In this document: positions 51,561-63,643 of the stretch, one piece after another
Position numbering within the stretch: position 1 is the first letter of the stretch
Layout: every line of letters begins with the position of its first letter
The notes under the pieces: generated by a model
The model's database searches: none
The model's input: only the letters and a program-made list of their open reading frames with translations
Told to the model about the DNA's origin: nothing
Position numbers and translations under genes: made by a program
NCBI GenBank assembly: GCA_030324005.1
Contig: JARDVH010000106.1
Location: 45,552,931 to 45,616,712 of the forward strand
DNA: 63,782 bases
Origin: Negaprion brevirostris
Taxonomy: Eukaryota
Direction of reading: 5' to 3'

Positions 51561-52074
51561 TCTTGATGCACAAGAGATAACTCAACAGCAAGTCACAAAA
51601 TGCTTGGCTGACAAACTTGACTATTTGTTTCTTGTTTCATTCCTCCTCCATCACAAGTGTGCTTTCCTGTTGCCTCAGTGCTCGGCTCAGCCTCATTCCA
51701 AGTGAGCACTTGCTTCCACAGTAAGCCCCAGCCCCCCTTGAGCTCCAACGCCTGGACCGTCCCTCATCACCATTGCTCCAATTTAAGTCAGCTCATCTCA
51801 GGTAGGATTAGTAAACAAAGTGCTACAAATTGACCTCAGTACCCTTGGTAGGGTAATACATGGCTGAATAAAACTTTTAACAACAGAATGGCAAAATCAT
51901 GCTTTACTATGTCAAATAAATTCTACCTTTGCTTCACTCCCTTCCAGTCTGACCCTGGAAAAGTGAGTCTGCAGTACCAGCCCAGAGCCAGACACATGTT
52001 GCTTTACAACTACTGTTGGATCTGAAAGACACCCGGGTAAGTATTTCATTCTTTTCTGAACCCCAAGAGGCGGA

Positions 52075-52721
52075 ATCTTTGTAGATTGCACTAGAAACCA
52101 ATTTACCAACTGACATTCCCCTACCTTCTTCCCAGAGCCCTGCACATTCTTCCTTTTCAGATAAAAATCCAACTCCCTCTAAAATTATTTGATTGAACAT
52201 ATTTCCACCACACTCCCAAGCAGCGCATTCCACATCCTAATTACTCGCTGCACATCTCCATTGCTTCCTTGTCAGCTACCTGAAGCTTGTACCCTCTTGC
52301 TCCTGATCCTTTCACCAATAGGTATAGTTTCTCTTTATTTACTATCCAGATCCCATATAGACTTTAAATACCTCTATTAAACTTCTGTTGACCTTTTTCT
52401 ACTCCAAGAAAAACAGTCTGAAGCTCTCCAATGCAAGTAACTCAAGATTAGTGAAGAAAAACATAGGAACATAGATACTAAGAGCAGGAGTAGGCCATTC
52501 GGCCCTTTGAGCATGCTCCACCATTCATTACGATTTCAGCTGGTTATCCCGCCCTTCCCCCGCTGTTCTCTGTTCCCATTCGCCCGGAGAGATATCCAAT
52601 CCCTCCCTGAAAACATACAATGCTTTGGCCTCAACTGCTTTTTGTGGTTGTGAATTCCAGGGATTCACCACTCTTTGGGTAAAGAAATTTCTCCTTAGCC
52701 TAGTCTAAAAAGGAACCCCAG
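52075..52721 (-). mobile_element. Two adjacent CR1 3' fragments (52075-52440 and 52460-52721)
   Basis: Reverse CR1 tails, e.g. acataggaacatag...gagcaggagtaggccattcggccc. Confidence 0.8.
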
Positions 52722-55510
52722 NNNNNNNNNNATATAGTTATCTTATTCATAAGAAAATTGTTGTTAACGAAAGGTAAATCGATACTTTAGCTGGTGTGGA
52801 GATCTTGCAAAACAGAGAAAGCTGTAAGCAGTGAGGCTTCTTGTAGTTGAATTGCCAGGGAATCGGTTTCTCAGTGAGCTCAAAATTGGGAGAATTATTC
52901 CTCCATGCTCAAGTTGTAGCTATTTTCCTTTTGATATGTGGCATCTTGCAGATGGCTGGACAGCTGTTCAGATTATATCTCCAAGGTATTTCTGATCAGA
53001 ACAGCTTTTTTTTAAACAGGTAGCAAACCTGGTTGCCTAAATCATGTGTTCAATTATGAGTTTGAAGACTTTCTTCCAAGAAAGGTAGTCAATTGTTTCT
53101 TCATACTGTGTTTTAACTTTTCACACACAAATAAGACACAGCCACATTCTTATATAATTGAATTACTCCATCCAATTTAAATTACTTTTTTGAATGCCTT
53201 TCAGAAAAGGCATTGAGTTTCAGGGTTTTTATTGCCCAGGGTGAAGTAGAAAGGCACGTCAGCAGTTGTGTGATAGTCTTGTTCTGTTAATAGTTCATTC
53301 TTAACAAAGGGACTTGTGAATTTCACAAATGGCTGCAATTACAAATTTTAATTAGGTATTCAATTGAATTTCAAGTCTCGGCAGGAGCCAAAACCGCCAA
53401 AGTCACCTGGTACGTTGCCAGATATGTTAAAACTGTCCATTTAAAAAATATAGTTCTCAAATTTGTTACATCTTTATACCTGCAATGGCCATGACAATAT
53501 CCAGAGTCTTCTGCTTCTGGTTCCCCTTTATAACTGGGCTCTTTATATTGCTCTATGTTCATCCAGCAGGAAGGATACTTCAGTTGCAAGAAATAAATAA
53601 ACTAACGTACAAAGTAAATCCAAGAAAAAGGTTGAATAAAGAAACAACACTCAGGCCACACCCTGGGCCACACAAGCTCCTCACAATCCCCATCTGCTCT
53701 CTACTTATACTGGGTCAGCTGACCACCATATCGTTTTCCATTCAAATCTGTTATAATGTAACTAATGTCATCATTAGTTACATTATAATATCCTATCAAC
53801 ATGAATCACTTTATATATCTCCATATCAAATTTCATTTACCATTTTGCATTGTGCAGTTGGTAGAATGGGCATCGAGGAAGATATAATGGGAGCAGCCTG
53901 TGGAACATGGGAGGTTGGGAGCCAGGCTACAAATAAAGGATGTCATTTTAAATGTTGCAAGGGACCTTATTCTGTTGTTTAACGATTTCTAAATTTGTTA
54001 GAAACCTTGCCCTTCAGGCATAGTATCTTTGTTGCCTTAACATTAGAACATAGAAATGATATACATTATCATCTACAACACAGCCTCTACGACTGCCCAA
54101 CTGTAGTAGAAAGGCTACAAATCTTCCTGCGAGTGTAAGGGTAGCATATGCACAGAACACAATTCATAGTGTGAATGATTAACCAAACTTTCACTATGTC
54201 TGATGTAAGTGGCCTTATTTTATATCCTCAGACCTAGTCACCCTGGCAACTACAGCAGAATTTGGGCCAATAAGTAAAGCCTATTTTTCAGACCAAGTCA
54301 GCAACACTCACTTGTATTCAGAAAAATAATTTGTAAAGTAGTATCATAGGTCCATGCTTTAAACTCCTCAGTTTCAGACATCTCTGCTCAATATTGAGCA
54401 AATTACAAAGCAAAGCACTCTTCATTTTTAGGGCCAATTTCACCTGATACTTCAAGTAAGTCTCTAGGTAGACTTGTTTCCAAATCTTCAACAGTATTTA
54501 TTCTGAAATTGTTGGAAAATGACCAGGCGTTAATCATGTGGTGTCTCTTCCTTCCTCCTCCTCCATTTGGAAAATTACCTGGCATCTGCAATTCAGCTTT
54601 CACTGCTACCAGTCAATGAACCTGAGTCTTTCAACTCAATATCCTTTACAACAATGAAAACTGGTGTGTTATTTAAAAATCAAAAGACATGATGTTGGTC
54701 TTGTGTCTAGAGTTCCAGGCAAGTAGCAGTAGCTATATGTCCTATTCCNNNNNNNNNNNNNNNNNNNNNNNNNNNNNNNNNNNNNNNNNNNNNNNNNNNN
54801 NNNNNNNNNNNNNNNNNNNNNNNNNNNNNNNNNNNNNNNNNNNNNNNNATCATTGCTATAATTAATTCACTTTTGTTTTTGATTGTATGTGCATAAGTTT
54901 TCTTGAAACCTTATAAGTTAATTAATCTATATGCAATCTATTAAAAATAATTCCCCGACGAGGTAACTGCTCGACATGTGAACGCCTCATGAGTTCTTTT
55001 TTAAAGTTTTAGTTTTTTGTTAATTTCTTTTAATTTTAGGTTTTCTTTTTTAGTTTATATTAATTTATTTTATTTATAAATAAATCAATAAATAACTTCC
55101 TTCAAATGGGAATAAGAACTGCACTGTATACAAGTGTCTTTTACTTATTTAACTGAATATATTTTGTAATCTGCAATCTGTATTCATGCGCATTATGTAT
55201 AATTATGAGAAAATTGATAGATCTCAGCACAATTTAGAATAAGAAAGCCAAGGATAATAAACAGCTGCACATCTCAAACTGTAAACCAGGTGATTAATAA
55301 TAATAAAGCATTACATCAGAATATAAACCTTCTGTTTATTTCTGACTATAATCTAATTCACTTTATCAGCCAGGATTTCCAGGCCATTCCATCAGCCTCC
55401 GAACTTTAACATCTTAAATCAGCAGTCACACAAATTAAAAAAACAAACTTTACTTTGAAAGCAATTGAGGCTGAGAACACTAACACACATTTAAAAGGCA
55501 AAATTCAGCA

Positions 55511-55531
55511 GTTGCTGTCCAAGGTGCTTGA
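55511..55531 (-). promoter_or_regulatory. RE1/NRSE (REST)-like site, imperfect
   Basis: gttgctgtccaaggtgcttga versus consensus ggcgctgtccNNggtgctgaa: GCTGTCC and GGTGCT present with 2-nt spacing, distal end deviates. Confidence 0.35.
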
Positions 55532-56177
55532 CATCCATAACATGCACTCAAACCTCACTCTTGCTCACTATTTAAATATACTGAGCACAGTGAAATTCTT
55601 GTAATTGTGTTGCAATACAGATTAAACACGCCCCAAAATATTAAGGCTGGTCTTTTCTACTCTAATGACACGCTAAATTTTAATTACTACCAAACAATAT
55701 TTATAGAACTGAAAAGTACAAAATCTTGTTGCTTCAACTTATCGGAAAAGTTAAAATAGAATGTGTAAATATGTCTTTCTTTGTCTAGTCAGCCAACTTT
55801 TCTTTCCGCCCTCTATTTTGATTTCTGCACTGATTTGGTACTAAATTCAATATACTGATTTACACTAGCTGTCTGAGATTTGATGCTGCTCATTAACAAT
55901 TCTTCAATTTCATTGTTGAAATGCAAAGGTCCCAGCTACCCAGCTCTCTCAGTGTGCCGATGTTACCTCATTTGAATGAACTGTTGACAGCAACTTACTG
56001 TATAAAGCCCCACACAAGTCAATGAGTTTAACAAAGTTACAATAAATTCCAACCCATAATATTTACTGAAAGTCCTCAGCCTTGAAGATTCAGACTTATT
56101 ACTGGGCAAATATAAACAATAGCAAGGACATGCATGGTATTCATTCAATAAGCCCGGGCCAATTGTCACATTATTAT

Positions 56178-56460
56178 AGAAATCATAAAAACCCTACAGA
56201 GCAAGAGGCAGCCCATCAAGTCTTCTCTGACAACAATCCCACCCAGACTCTATCCCCATAAACTCACGTATTTACCCTGCTAATCTCCCTGACATGAAGG
56301 GGCAATTTATCATGGCCAATCCATCTAACCCATACATCTTTGGACTGTGTGAGGATACCCCCAGAGACATGCAGAGAATGTCCATGTAGACAGTCACCAG
56401 AGGCCATAATTGAACCCGGGTCCCTGGCTGTGAGGCAGCAGTGCTAACCACTGCATCACC
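56178..56460 (-). mobile_element. HE1/V-SINE-type SINE
   Basis: Reverse of gcagtggttagcactgctgcctcacagccagggacccgggttcaatt; tail tagaaatcataaaaccctac. Confidence 0.85.
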
Positions 56461-57243
56461 AGGTTGTCCACTAGACAAGAGCAAACAAACATAAATCATG
56501 ACCAGGCCACCATGTTACAGTTTTTGGTAGAGTAAAGCAGCCATCTGGAATGGAGGGTCTTTTTCTGTGATTTTCCAATCCATTTATGTTTGGAAGAGCA
56601 TAAATGCAACATAGGCATTGTATTGAAATTAGGTCATATTTTGAACATATAGACAATTGCCCATAGAGCCTACCATCCCGTCAGTTTCCCAGTGTGATTC
56701 CACAACTAACTGTGATGTCTCCTTAATAATAAAATTATTTAAGCATTAAATCAATCCCACTTAAGAAACATTTTAAAGCATAATTATAGCCCACAATTAT
56801 TTAATACAAATTTCTGCTCTCTTTCTCATCATATAATGAATTCTACAAATTAAATGTTCAACACCTTCACTCCAGGCAATGAAGAGAAAAGGTACTATGA
56901 GCATGTCTTTAGAACTTGTTGCAAGTATTATGTGGAGTGCTTATAAAGCTATTATAATCATGACCAGCTGCACAAAAATGGTATTAATTGAACTCTACAT
57001 TTTTGTAATGGTGACTCCATGTGGCCTAGTCAGAAAAGGAAAATTAGCATAATGCAAATTAGATACAAAGAGATCACAAACATAGAACCGTAAGTAATGC
57101 CCCAAAGCCATTATTTTAAAATAAACAGAACATATAACTATATCTGAATTTCTCCATGCCAATTTGCTCAGAGGTAAAAGATTGAGTCAAAAAGCTAGGA
57201 AGAGACTGTGATCTGGATATCATTAAAGCTATGTAAAATGCTT

Positions 57244-57587
57244 CTTGCTGCAATTGTACAGAGCACTGGTGAGGCCGCAGCTGGAGTACTGTGTGCAGTT
57301 TTGGTCACCGCACTTGCGCAAGGATATTTGGGCCTTGGAGGGAGTGCAGAGGAGGTTCACTAGGCTGATACCGGAGTTGAGGGGGTTGAACTATGAAGAG
57401 AGGCTGANNNNNNNNNNNNNNNNNNNNNNNNNNNNNNNNNNNNNNNNNNNNNNNNNNNNNNNNNNNNNNNNNNNNNNNNNNNNNNNNNNNNNNNNNNNNN
57501 NNNNNNNTTATTGAATGGCAGGGCAGACTTGAAGGGCTAGATGGCCTACTCCTGCTCCTATTTCTTATGTTATGTTATGTTCTTATG
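57244..57587 (+). mobile_element. Young CR1/HER1 LINE 3' part (100-N gap inside)
   Basis: Undisrupted LQLYRALVRPQLEYCVQFWSPHLRKDIWALEGVQRRFTRLIPELRGLNYEERL plus canonical ttatg-repeat tail. Confidence 0.95.
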
Positions 57588-59129
57588 CTTAATACTAGCA
57601 CAATTGCATTGAAACGAATGTAACATTTGTTAGTCTTAAAACTTAACCAACTTACTTTTGTGTTAAACCACAGGTAAAAAATCTCATCTCCACTGTAATC
57701 TCTAACATGTGGCCTAAACTTAGTACTGTGGATTGAACAATTTGTCCAAGTTAGAATCTTTGGAAAACAATTCATCCCTTTAAAAAAATGCAGCCAAGGA
57801 TAGAGATCTGAACAGATGCACAAGGCTCCATCCAGATCATCTGTGAAGGGCTGAAGTTCCATCAAGTCCTCCTGATCCTCTGCTGTAACTTTGACAGAAA
57901 TTTGTTGGAAGCCCTATAGAAACTGAATAAATTACAGTTTACCTAATTTCTCCAAGGCTTCAGTCAATTTCCAGTTACTTCGCAGATCATGAAAACTGCT
58001 GTCAAAAGTTACCATCGACTGGCTAGTTATTCAATGACATCATGGCTAAGCTAAGCTATATTTTATCCCCAACCAATGATGCATGTACTTTTCAGCAATG
58101 CCCATGAGGCAACAAGCTACATAACTGTTTGCTTTCTTTATTTGCTAATTTAGAGATGCTGAGACCAATTTTCTTCTGCCAAATAAAATCCATGATTTAG
58201 TGAATTGAACAGACCAGAGATGAATCTATGGATGATTTTGGTGATATCATGAAGTGCATTTGCCCAATGAGCTATCGGCGAAGTCTAAATGTAAAATAAA
58301 GATGTAAAGTAAGTTGAACGTTCTTTTATTAAATCATTCAATATACAAAGAATAGTTCTTTCAACAAATGCTTTCATTGTATATGAAGAGAAAATAGTGG
58401 TTATGATTCGTCATCCATTTCTTCACGATCAACAATAAAATCAAAGTTGCATTAGCTGATGAGCCTTGATTGCAGTGGTTGAATGGGCAACGACAAACCT
58501 GGTCACATCAGGCGGTTAGCAATAATTTTCATCTCACGTGATCCAAATTCTCTTGGAAACTAAATTGGAAATGAAGTGATGGCAATAACGAATTGAATTT
58601 AGATCCATTTTACTTGCTGGCAGAGGTCAAGAAACAGGACTAGTCTTCTGTGTTTGTCAGTGCTGGGTTTAGCTCATCCAAGTGTTGAGAGGAACATTTA
58701 TAGCAGCAAAGTGCTAAAGGAGCTATGTCAGCCCAAGAATCAACAATTCAACATCCGGCATTTAAACTTGGAGCCATGAGCATTGCACAACTTTGTTGTT
58801 TTTTAAAAATGGACACCTTATTAACCATTGCCTTTTTGCCAATTGCTAGGTAAAATGATTGATGATGATTCTGAAGAAATGATGATAAAACTATAGCTTT
58901 GACAAGATTTTCCAAATAAAGCTATGGCCTGAACTTGCTATCATCTTGCGTCATGGCAAATGATGCAATAATATCACATGGCACAGATAATATGGAAAGA
59001 TTAAGGAAATAATCAACTGAGTTATGCCATGTGCATCAAATGTGCCAAAGCTGCCTAGCATCATTTGCACCACTATAAAAGTTTATTGACTCCATTGTAT
59101 TCAATGAGGATAAACAGTTTAATAAGCAA

Positions 59130-59312
59130 ACGAGAGCAGATGCTGAAATCTCAAACAAAAAGGAGTGTGATGGAAAATCTCAGGAGTTCTGGCAACATCT
59201 GTAGGGAGAGAAAATAGTTAAAAATTAAGAGATGGTTTGACACTTCTTTGGTTTTGTTCTCCCTCCCTACAGATGCTGCCTGACCAGCTGAGTTTTCCCA
59301 GCATTTTTTTCA
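59130..59312. mobile_element. Palindromic Penelope-derived element
   Basis: ggcaacatctgtagggagag is inverted against ctccctccctacagatgctgcc; same family as 15350-15541. Confidence 0.7.
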
Positions 59313-60059
59313 GGATTATCAGTTTGCAGGATGTACAGTATTACTCACATTGCAGCCAATTGGATGGAAAATAAAATGGGATGGATAACTTGCAATGTGG
59401 CATATGTTAACATATCACTTTGGATACTGTACTTCTCACCAACTTTGCTGCCCAGAATGCTGAAAGAGTCAGAAGGCAATTATTTTTTAGGAACTATACG
59501 CAGTTTTATATTTTGATATTGAAAGCATTATGATGGCCTTTGAAATGAGCATTCTTTTGTTCCTGATCATTCTGGATTACTTTTTGGTAGCAAGAGTGCT
59601 GCTTGAAACCACATGGTACGAGGTAAAATCAATCAATCTTGCTGTAACTCTCCCCAGAAATTATGAAATTATCCTCATCAACCATTCTATCTTGATATGT
59701 CTCACCATAAGTATGACTTTTTTTGTAAAGTTGTATCTTCAACCAGTCCTTTCATATCAGTTTTCTCAGTTAAATTTCACTATCCATAACTCCCCACACT
59801 CCCTACCACTGCTAAAAAGTTGTGCTAGCGCTTCTCTGGACATACACCAAGTTAAAAAGGGAACATTTTCTCAGATGTGCTGAAAGGGGTATTTTAAAAT
59901 TATAGCATATGAAAATGCGTAGTTACTGCTGCACACCAAAAAACTGCATTAATATTCACTTCTTTAAGAATTGAAATGTCCCAAGGCACTTCACAGAAGG
60001 ATTATAAAACAGAAAATAACACCAAGCCACACAAGGAGAAATCAGTTGTTTGGTAGTAC

Positions 60060-60420
60060 AGAACTTGAGTATTGCTGGGAAAAAAAAGGGCCATGTCAAA
60101 GCCTTTTATCTTGCATTCATCTGGACACCTTGCAAGGATACCAGTATGTGGGGAAAACAATTTATACAGTGTACAAAAGGGTTCATTAATTGAGTGTGTC
60201 AGCCTGGAGAATATACCAGTTGATGGTCACTGGCAATTAACTGCCAAACATTGTTTGAAATTTAAACCAGGAAGTTTGATCCTGATTTGTCAGGGCATTG
60301 TCCTGAGCAATGACCTAGCAAATGGTTGTTAGTTATTTTAGTTAGCTGAAACAAGTGGTGTCTGTACCTGTTCTTTCTGTCCACAAAGAACAGGGTCTTA
60401 TGTGTTAATATGTGAGATAC
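60060..60420 (-). mobile_element. Penelope-like 3' region with degenerate hammerhead (third family)
   Basis: Minus 60127-60094: TGTC-CAGATGA-ATGCAAGAT-AAAA-GGCTTT-GACA (stem I TGTC/GACA; both core boxes mutated); partial inverted copy at 61256-61370. Confidence 0.65.
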
Positions 60421-61255
60421 AACTTGGTGCCACCAACATCCATGTGGAAACGGACATGTTTATGGATGAGCAACACTAAAGACAAAAACTTCAAACTTCA
60501 TTTTCTCCCCTTTGGCACTGTGCTTGCATTGAATAGGATTTCTCTGCAGACACTCTGCATTTAAAAGATGTGAACAAAACTTGATGAAAAGTTATAAACT
60601 CTTTCTCAATTTAAGCCAGGGGCAAGCTTATTCATAAGATTCTAGTTGTCATGATCACTACAGGATTGTATAGTTACAACATGAGTCTGTAATATGTCAA
60701 CAGCTAATCATCCAAGTTTCAAAGCCAAATGCACTGTATTCTGCAATCTATTCAAGCCATATTTAAAACAGTTCTCAGTAATGTGAAGTATCCTTAACAC
60801 ATTAATGCAAAATCAAAGGCCAGAGTTATTCACTGAAGTCAAAGCGACTGAAGACAACTTGCCAGTATGAAACAAAGAACCCTCATGCATTTCTTGGTCT
60901 TCAATTAACCATTCTGTTCTGTCTCTTGGAGAGTACATGGTTCACAAGAGATGCTGATCAAAGCAATCGGCAGCCACAGCCTCACTAATTACGAAGGAGT
61001 TGGCAGGGGCAGAGGGAATGAACCCTGAGCAGCTTCCTTGAGAACAACAGATGCTTTTTCATTTACAGCCAAATACACCTCGTCTTGAGAATATTCAATT
61101 AATATAAATGTAGTTTTCGTTTGGTTAGTTGCAACGTGTAAGACTGCTAAAATAATGAACGGACACAAGGCGAAAACTCTGATTTTATTGATTGGACCAA
61201 AATAAGATAAAATCCTATACAACATTCAAACAGGGCATCTAATTGCCTTTTCCCT

Positions 61256-61370
61256 TTTTCAGCTAAACAAAATAACTGACAACGTTTGCTCGATCATTCC
61301 TCAGGACAATGCCTCAACTAATCAGGATCAAACTTCCTGGTTTAAATTTCAAACATGGCAGTTAACCATG
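61256..61370 (+). repeat. Inverted partial copy of 60232-60351
   Basis: ctcaggacaatgcc...aatcaggatcaaacttcctggtttaaatttcaaaca matches the reverse complement of 60252-60307. Confidence 0.85.
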
Positions 61371-62304
61371 TTAATATCGCAGCCTCGCATCATTCAATGC
61401 ATATCATTGGTGAGGCTGAAAGGAAAATAATGCTACTGCAAAATTGAAGTTTTGGACAGCAGCATTGGAATTCAACCGTGCATCTGTTCTTGCTTGAAGT
61501 TGCTGCAGCATTTGGATACAAAAAAAAAAGCACTATTAGCCTCAGCATTTTGACACAAATTATAGGCCAATTATTTCCCTGCGAGTGCCAATGGTTATTA
61601 TGCTGGAGGAGCTGGTGTTGGAACGTTCCATTATATTTAAATTTCTCCGACATTTACTTGCTTTCATGTGAGCTTATGACCACTGGCTTGCACCATATCA
61701 TGAGCATAAAGTTTCATATTTCAAACAAAAATCTGCAGCAGGTTTAATTTTTTTTTTTAACATTGAATATNNNNNNNNNNNNNNNNNNNNNNNNNNNNNN
61801 NNNNNNNNNNNNNNNNNNNNNNNNNNNNNNNNNNNNNNNNNNNNNNNNNNNNNNNNNNNNNNNNNNNNNNNNNNNNNNNNNNNNNNNNNNNNNNNNNNNN
61901 NNNNNNNNNNNNNNNNNNNNNNNNNNNNNNNNNNNNNNNNNNNNNNNNNNNNNNNNNNNNNNNNNNNNNNNNNNNNNNNNNNNNNNNNNNNNNNNNNNNN
62001 NNNNNNNNNNNNNNNNNNNNNNNNNNNNNNNNNNNNNNNNNNNNNNNNNNNNNNNNNNNNNNNNNNNNNNNNNNNNNNNNNNNNNNNNNNNNNNNNNNNN
62101 NNNNNNNNNNNNNNNNNNNNNNNNNNNNNNNNNNNNNNNNNNNNNNNNNNNNNNNNNNNNNNNNNNNNNNNNNNNNNNNNNNNNNNNNNNNNNNNNNNNN
62201 NNNNNNNNNNNNNNNNNNNNNNNNNNNNNNNNNNNNNNNNNNNNNNNNNNNNNNNNNNNNNNNNNNNNNNNNNNNNNNNNNNNNNNNNNNNNNNNNNNNN
62301 NNNN

Positions 62305-62645
62305 TTCTCCAGTGGAAGGTGGTGATGCACCATTGGCCAGCAGCAGGATTTTCTGGACCCAGTGCTATCAATGGTTCTTCCCATATCACTGGGAACACGC
62401 AGTGGCAGCACACCATTGGAGGAACCAGAAGATTTCGCCAGCCTGAATAGCTAGAAGATCACGCTCAACCTCTGAGATTCTATGGTCCCCCTGAAGCACT
62501 TTCCTTAGTGATGGGATGTAATACACTGTAGGCCAGCAGTGAGATCTTCTGGTCCCACTGATTCCATCCCATACCACGAGGAAGTACGTGCCATCAGTGG
62601 GACCAGAAACTCCATGCAGTGTGAAGAGCCAGAAGATGGCACCCA
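62305..62645. mobile_element. Two tandem related MITEs with internal palindromes
   Basis: Both units share ggccagcag..gatYttctgg.ccca...ccagaa; perfect 16-bp inverted repeat at 62547-62562 and 62593-62608. Confidence 0.65.
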
Positions 62646-63399
62646 ATATATATATTTTTTTAATTACTGAGCATTAAAACATTATTTTCTTCTTTTCTTC
62701 TCCTTTCCTGAAAAGTACTGACTCCATGTCGCAACAAGGCCAGTTACCTTAAGGTGCTTCATCCAAACAACCCTTCATGAATCTTGATGCAGATCATGAT
62801 GTGCTCAAACAACCAATTTAATCCATCCATCAAATGGTTACCCAGCAGGATTTCCCATATCTTGGCGTATATTCCACTCCCTATTCATATTATCGCTGCT
62901 CTCAAGGTCCATCTTTTCAATATTCTCCATTTTTTTCATGAATCTATTATCACCTCTGCAAGATAGTGTGTTCCTATACGATGTTCTTACATCATCTGCA
63001 TGGCCAGTGAAACTTCCACCTTCACATCTGCCACTTAACTTATCCTTACTAACCAAAGTCAACTTTACATAATTTCTGATCCATCCTATGAGTTTCTATC
63101 ACTCATTATCCCTGTCCTCACCAAAATTCCATCCTGCCTCCAAACACAAACCAAAAGTTCAAATTCTGCGACATAAATTATGAATCAATTTCTAGCTTCC
63201 TTTCCTCTCACCTCTTATATTTAAAGTGTCTGTTCTGTTGATCTTGCTTTACCAATCAGCCTTATCTGGTCGTGAACCCAAGAAGAATCAATTCGCTAGC
63301 TTTGTTTTTGGGGAAAGCAGTGATGATGAGAACAAAACTTATAGTATTAGTTGTTTCCTTCACTTGAGTGTGTGGGAAAATACACAGTATATACACATA

Positions 63400-63643
63400 C
63401 TGGGCAGACTGTTAGCACTGTTGTCTCACAGGAACCTGGGTTCGATTCCTGGCTTGGTTACTGTCTGTGTGGAGTTTGTACATTCTCCCCGTGTCTGCAT
63501 GGGTTTCCTCCCACACAGTCTGAAAGACGTGCTGGCTAGGTATGTTGACCCAACCAGGCTCTGGACTGTGGCAACTAGGGGAAATTCACAATAGCTTCAT
63601 TGCAGTGCTAATGTAAGCCTACTTGTGACTAATAAACAAACTT
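63400..63643 (+). mobile_element. HE1/V-SINE-type SINE with alternative tail
   Basis: gttagcactg..ggttcgattcctggcttgg..ggagtttgtacattctccccgtgtctgc; tail cttcattgcagtgctaatgtaagcctacttgtgactaataaa. Confidence 0.9.

Noticed and set aside
53485-53982. 165-aa plus-strand ORF with hydrophobic N-terminus
   Set aside because: No recognisable domain; composition reflects AT-rich sequence; no convincing splice context.
57575-57915. Minus-strand acceptor followed by GFQQISVKVTAEDQEDLMELQPFTDDLDG
   Set aside because: Protein-like, but there is no donor site nearby, it is unrecognised and it drifts into low-information sequence.
58455-58490. CTGATGA hits outside Penelope termini (also ~3558, ~7443, ~14160, ~24829, ~37635)
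   Set aside because: No correctly placed stem II-GAAA-NUH arrangement.
61090-61200. NVVFVW...IMNGHKAKT resembling a Penelope GIY-YIG segment
   Set aside because: It lacks the YIG/YVG motif and the expected spacing; likely chance.
61380-61420. Short hairpin cagcctc...gaggctg as a pre-miRNA
   Set aside because: The stem is too short and imperfect, and no known mature miRNA was recognised.
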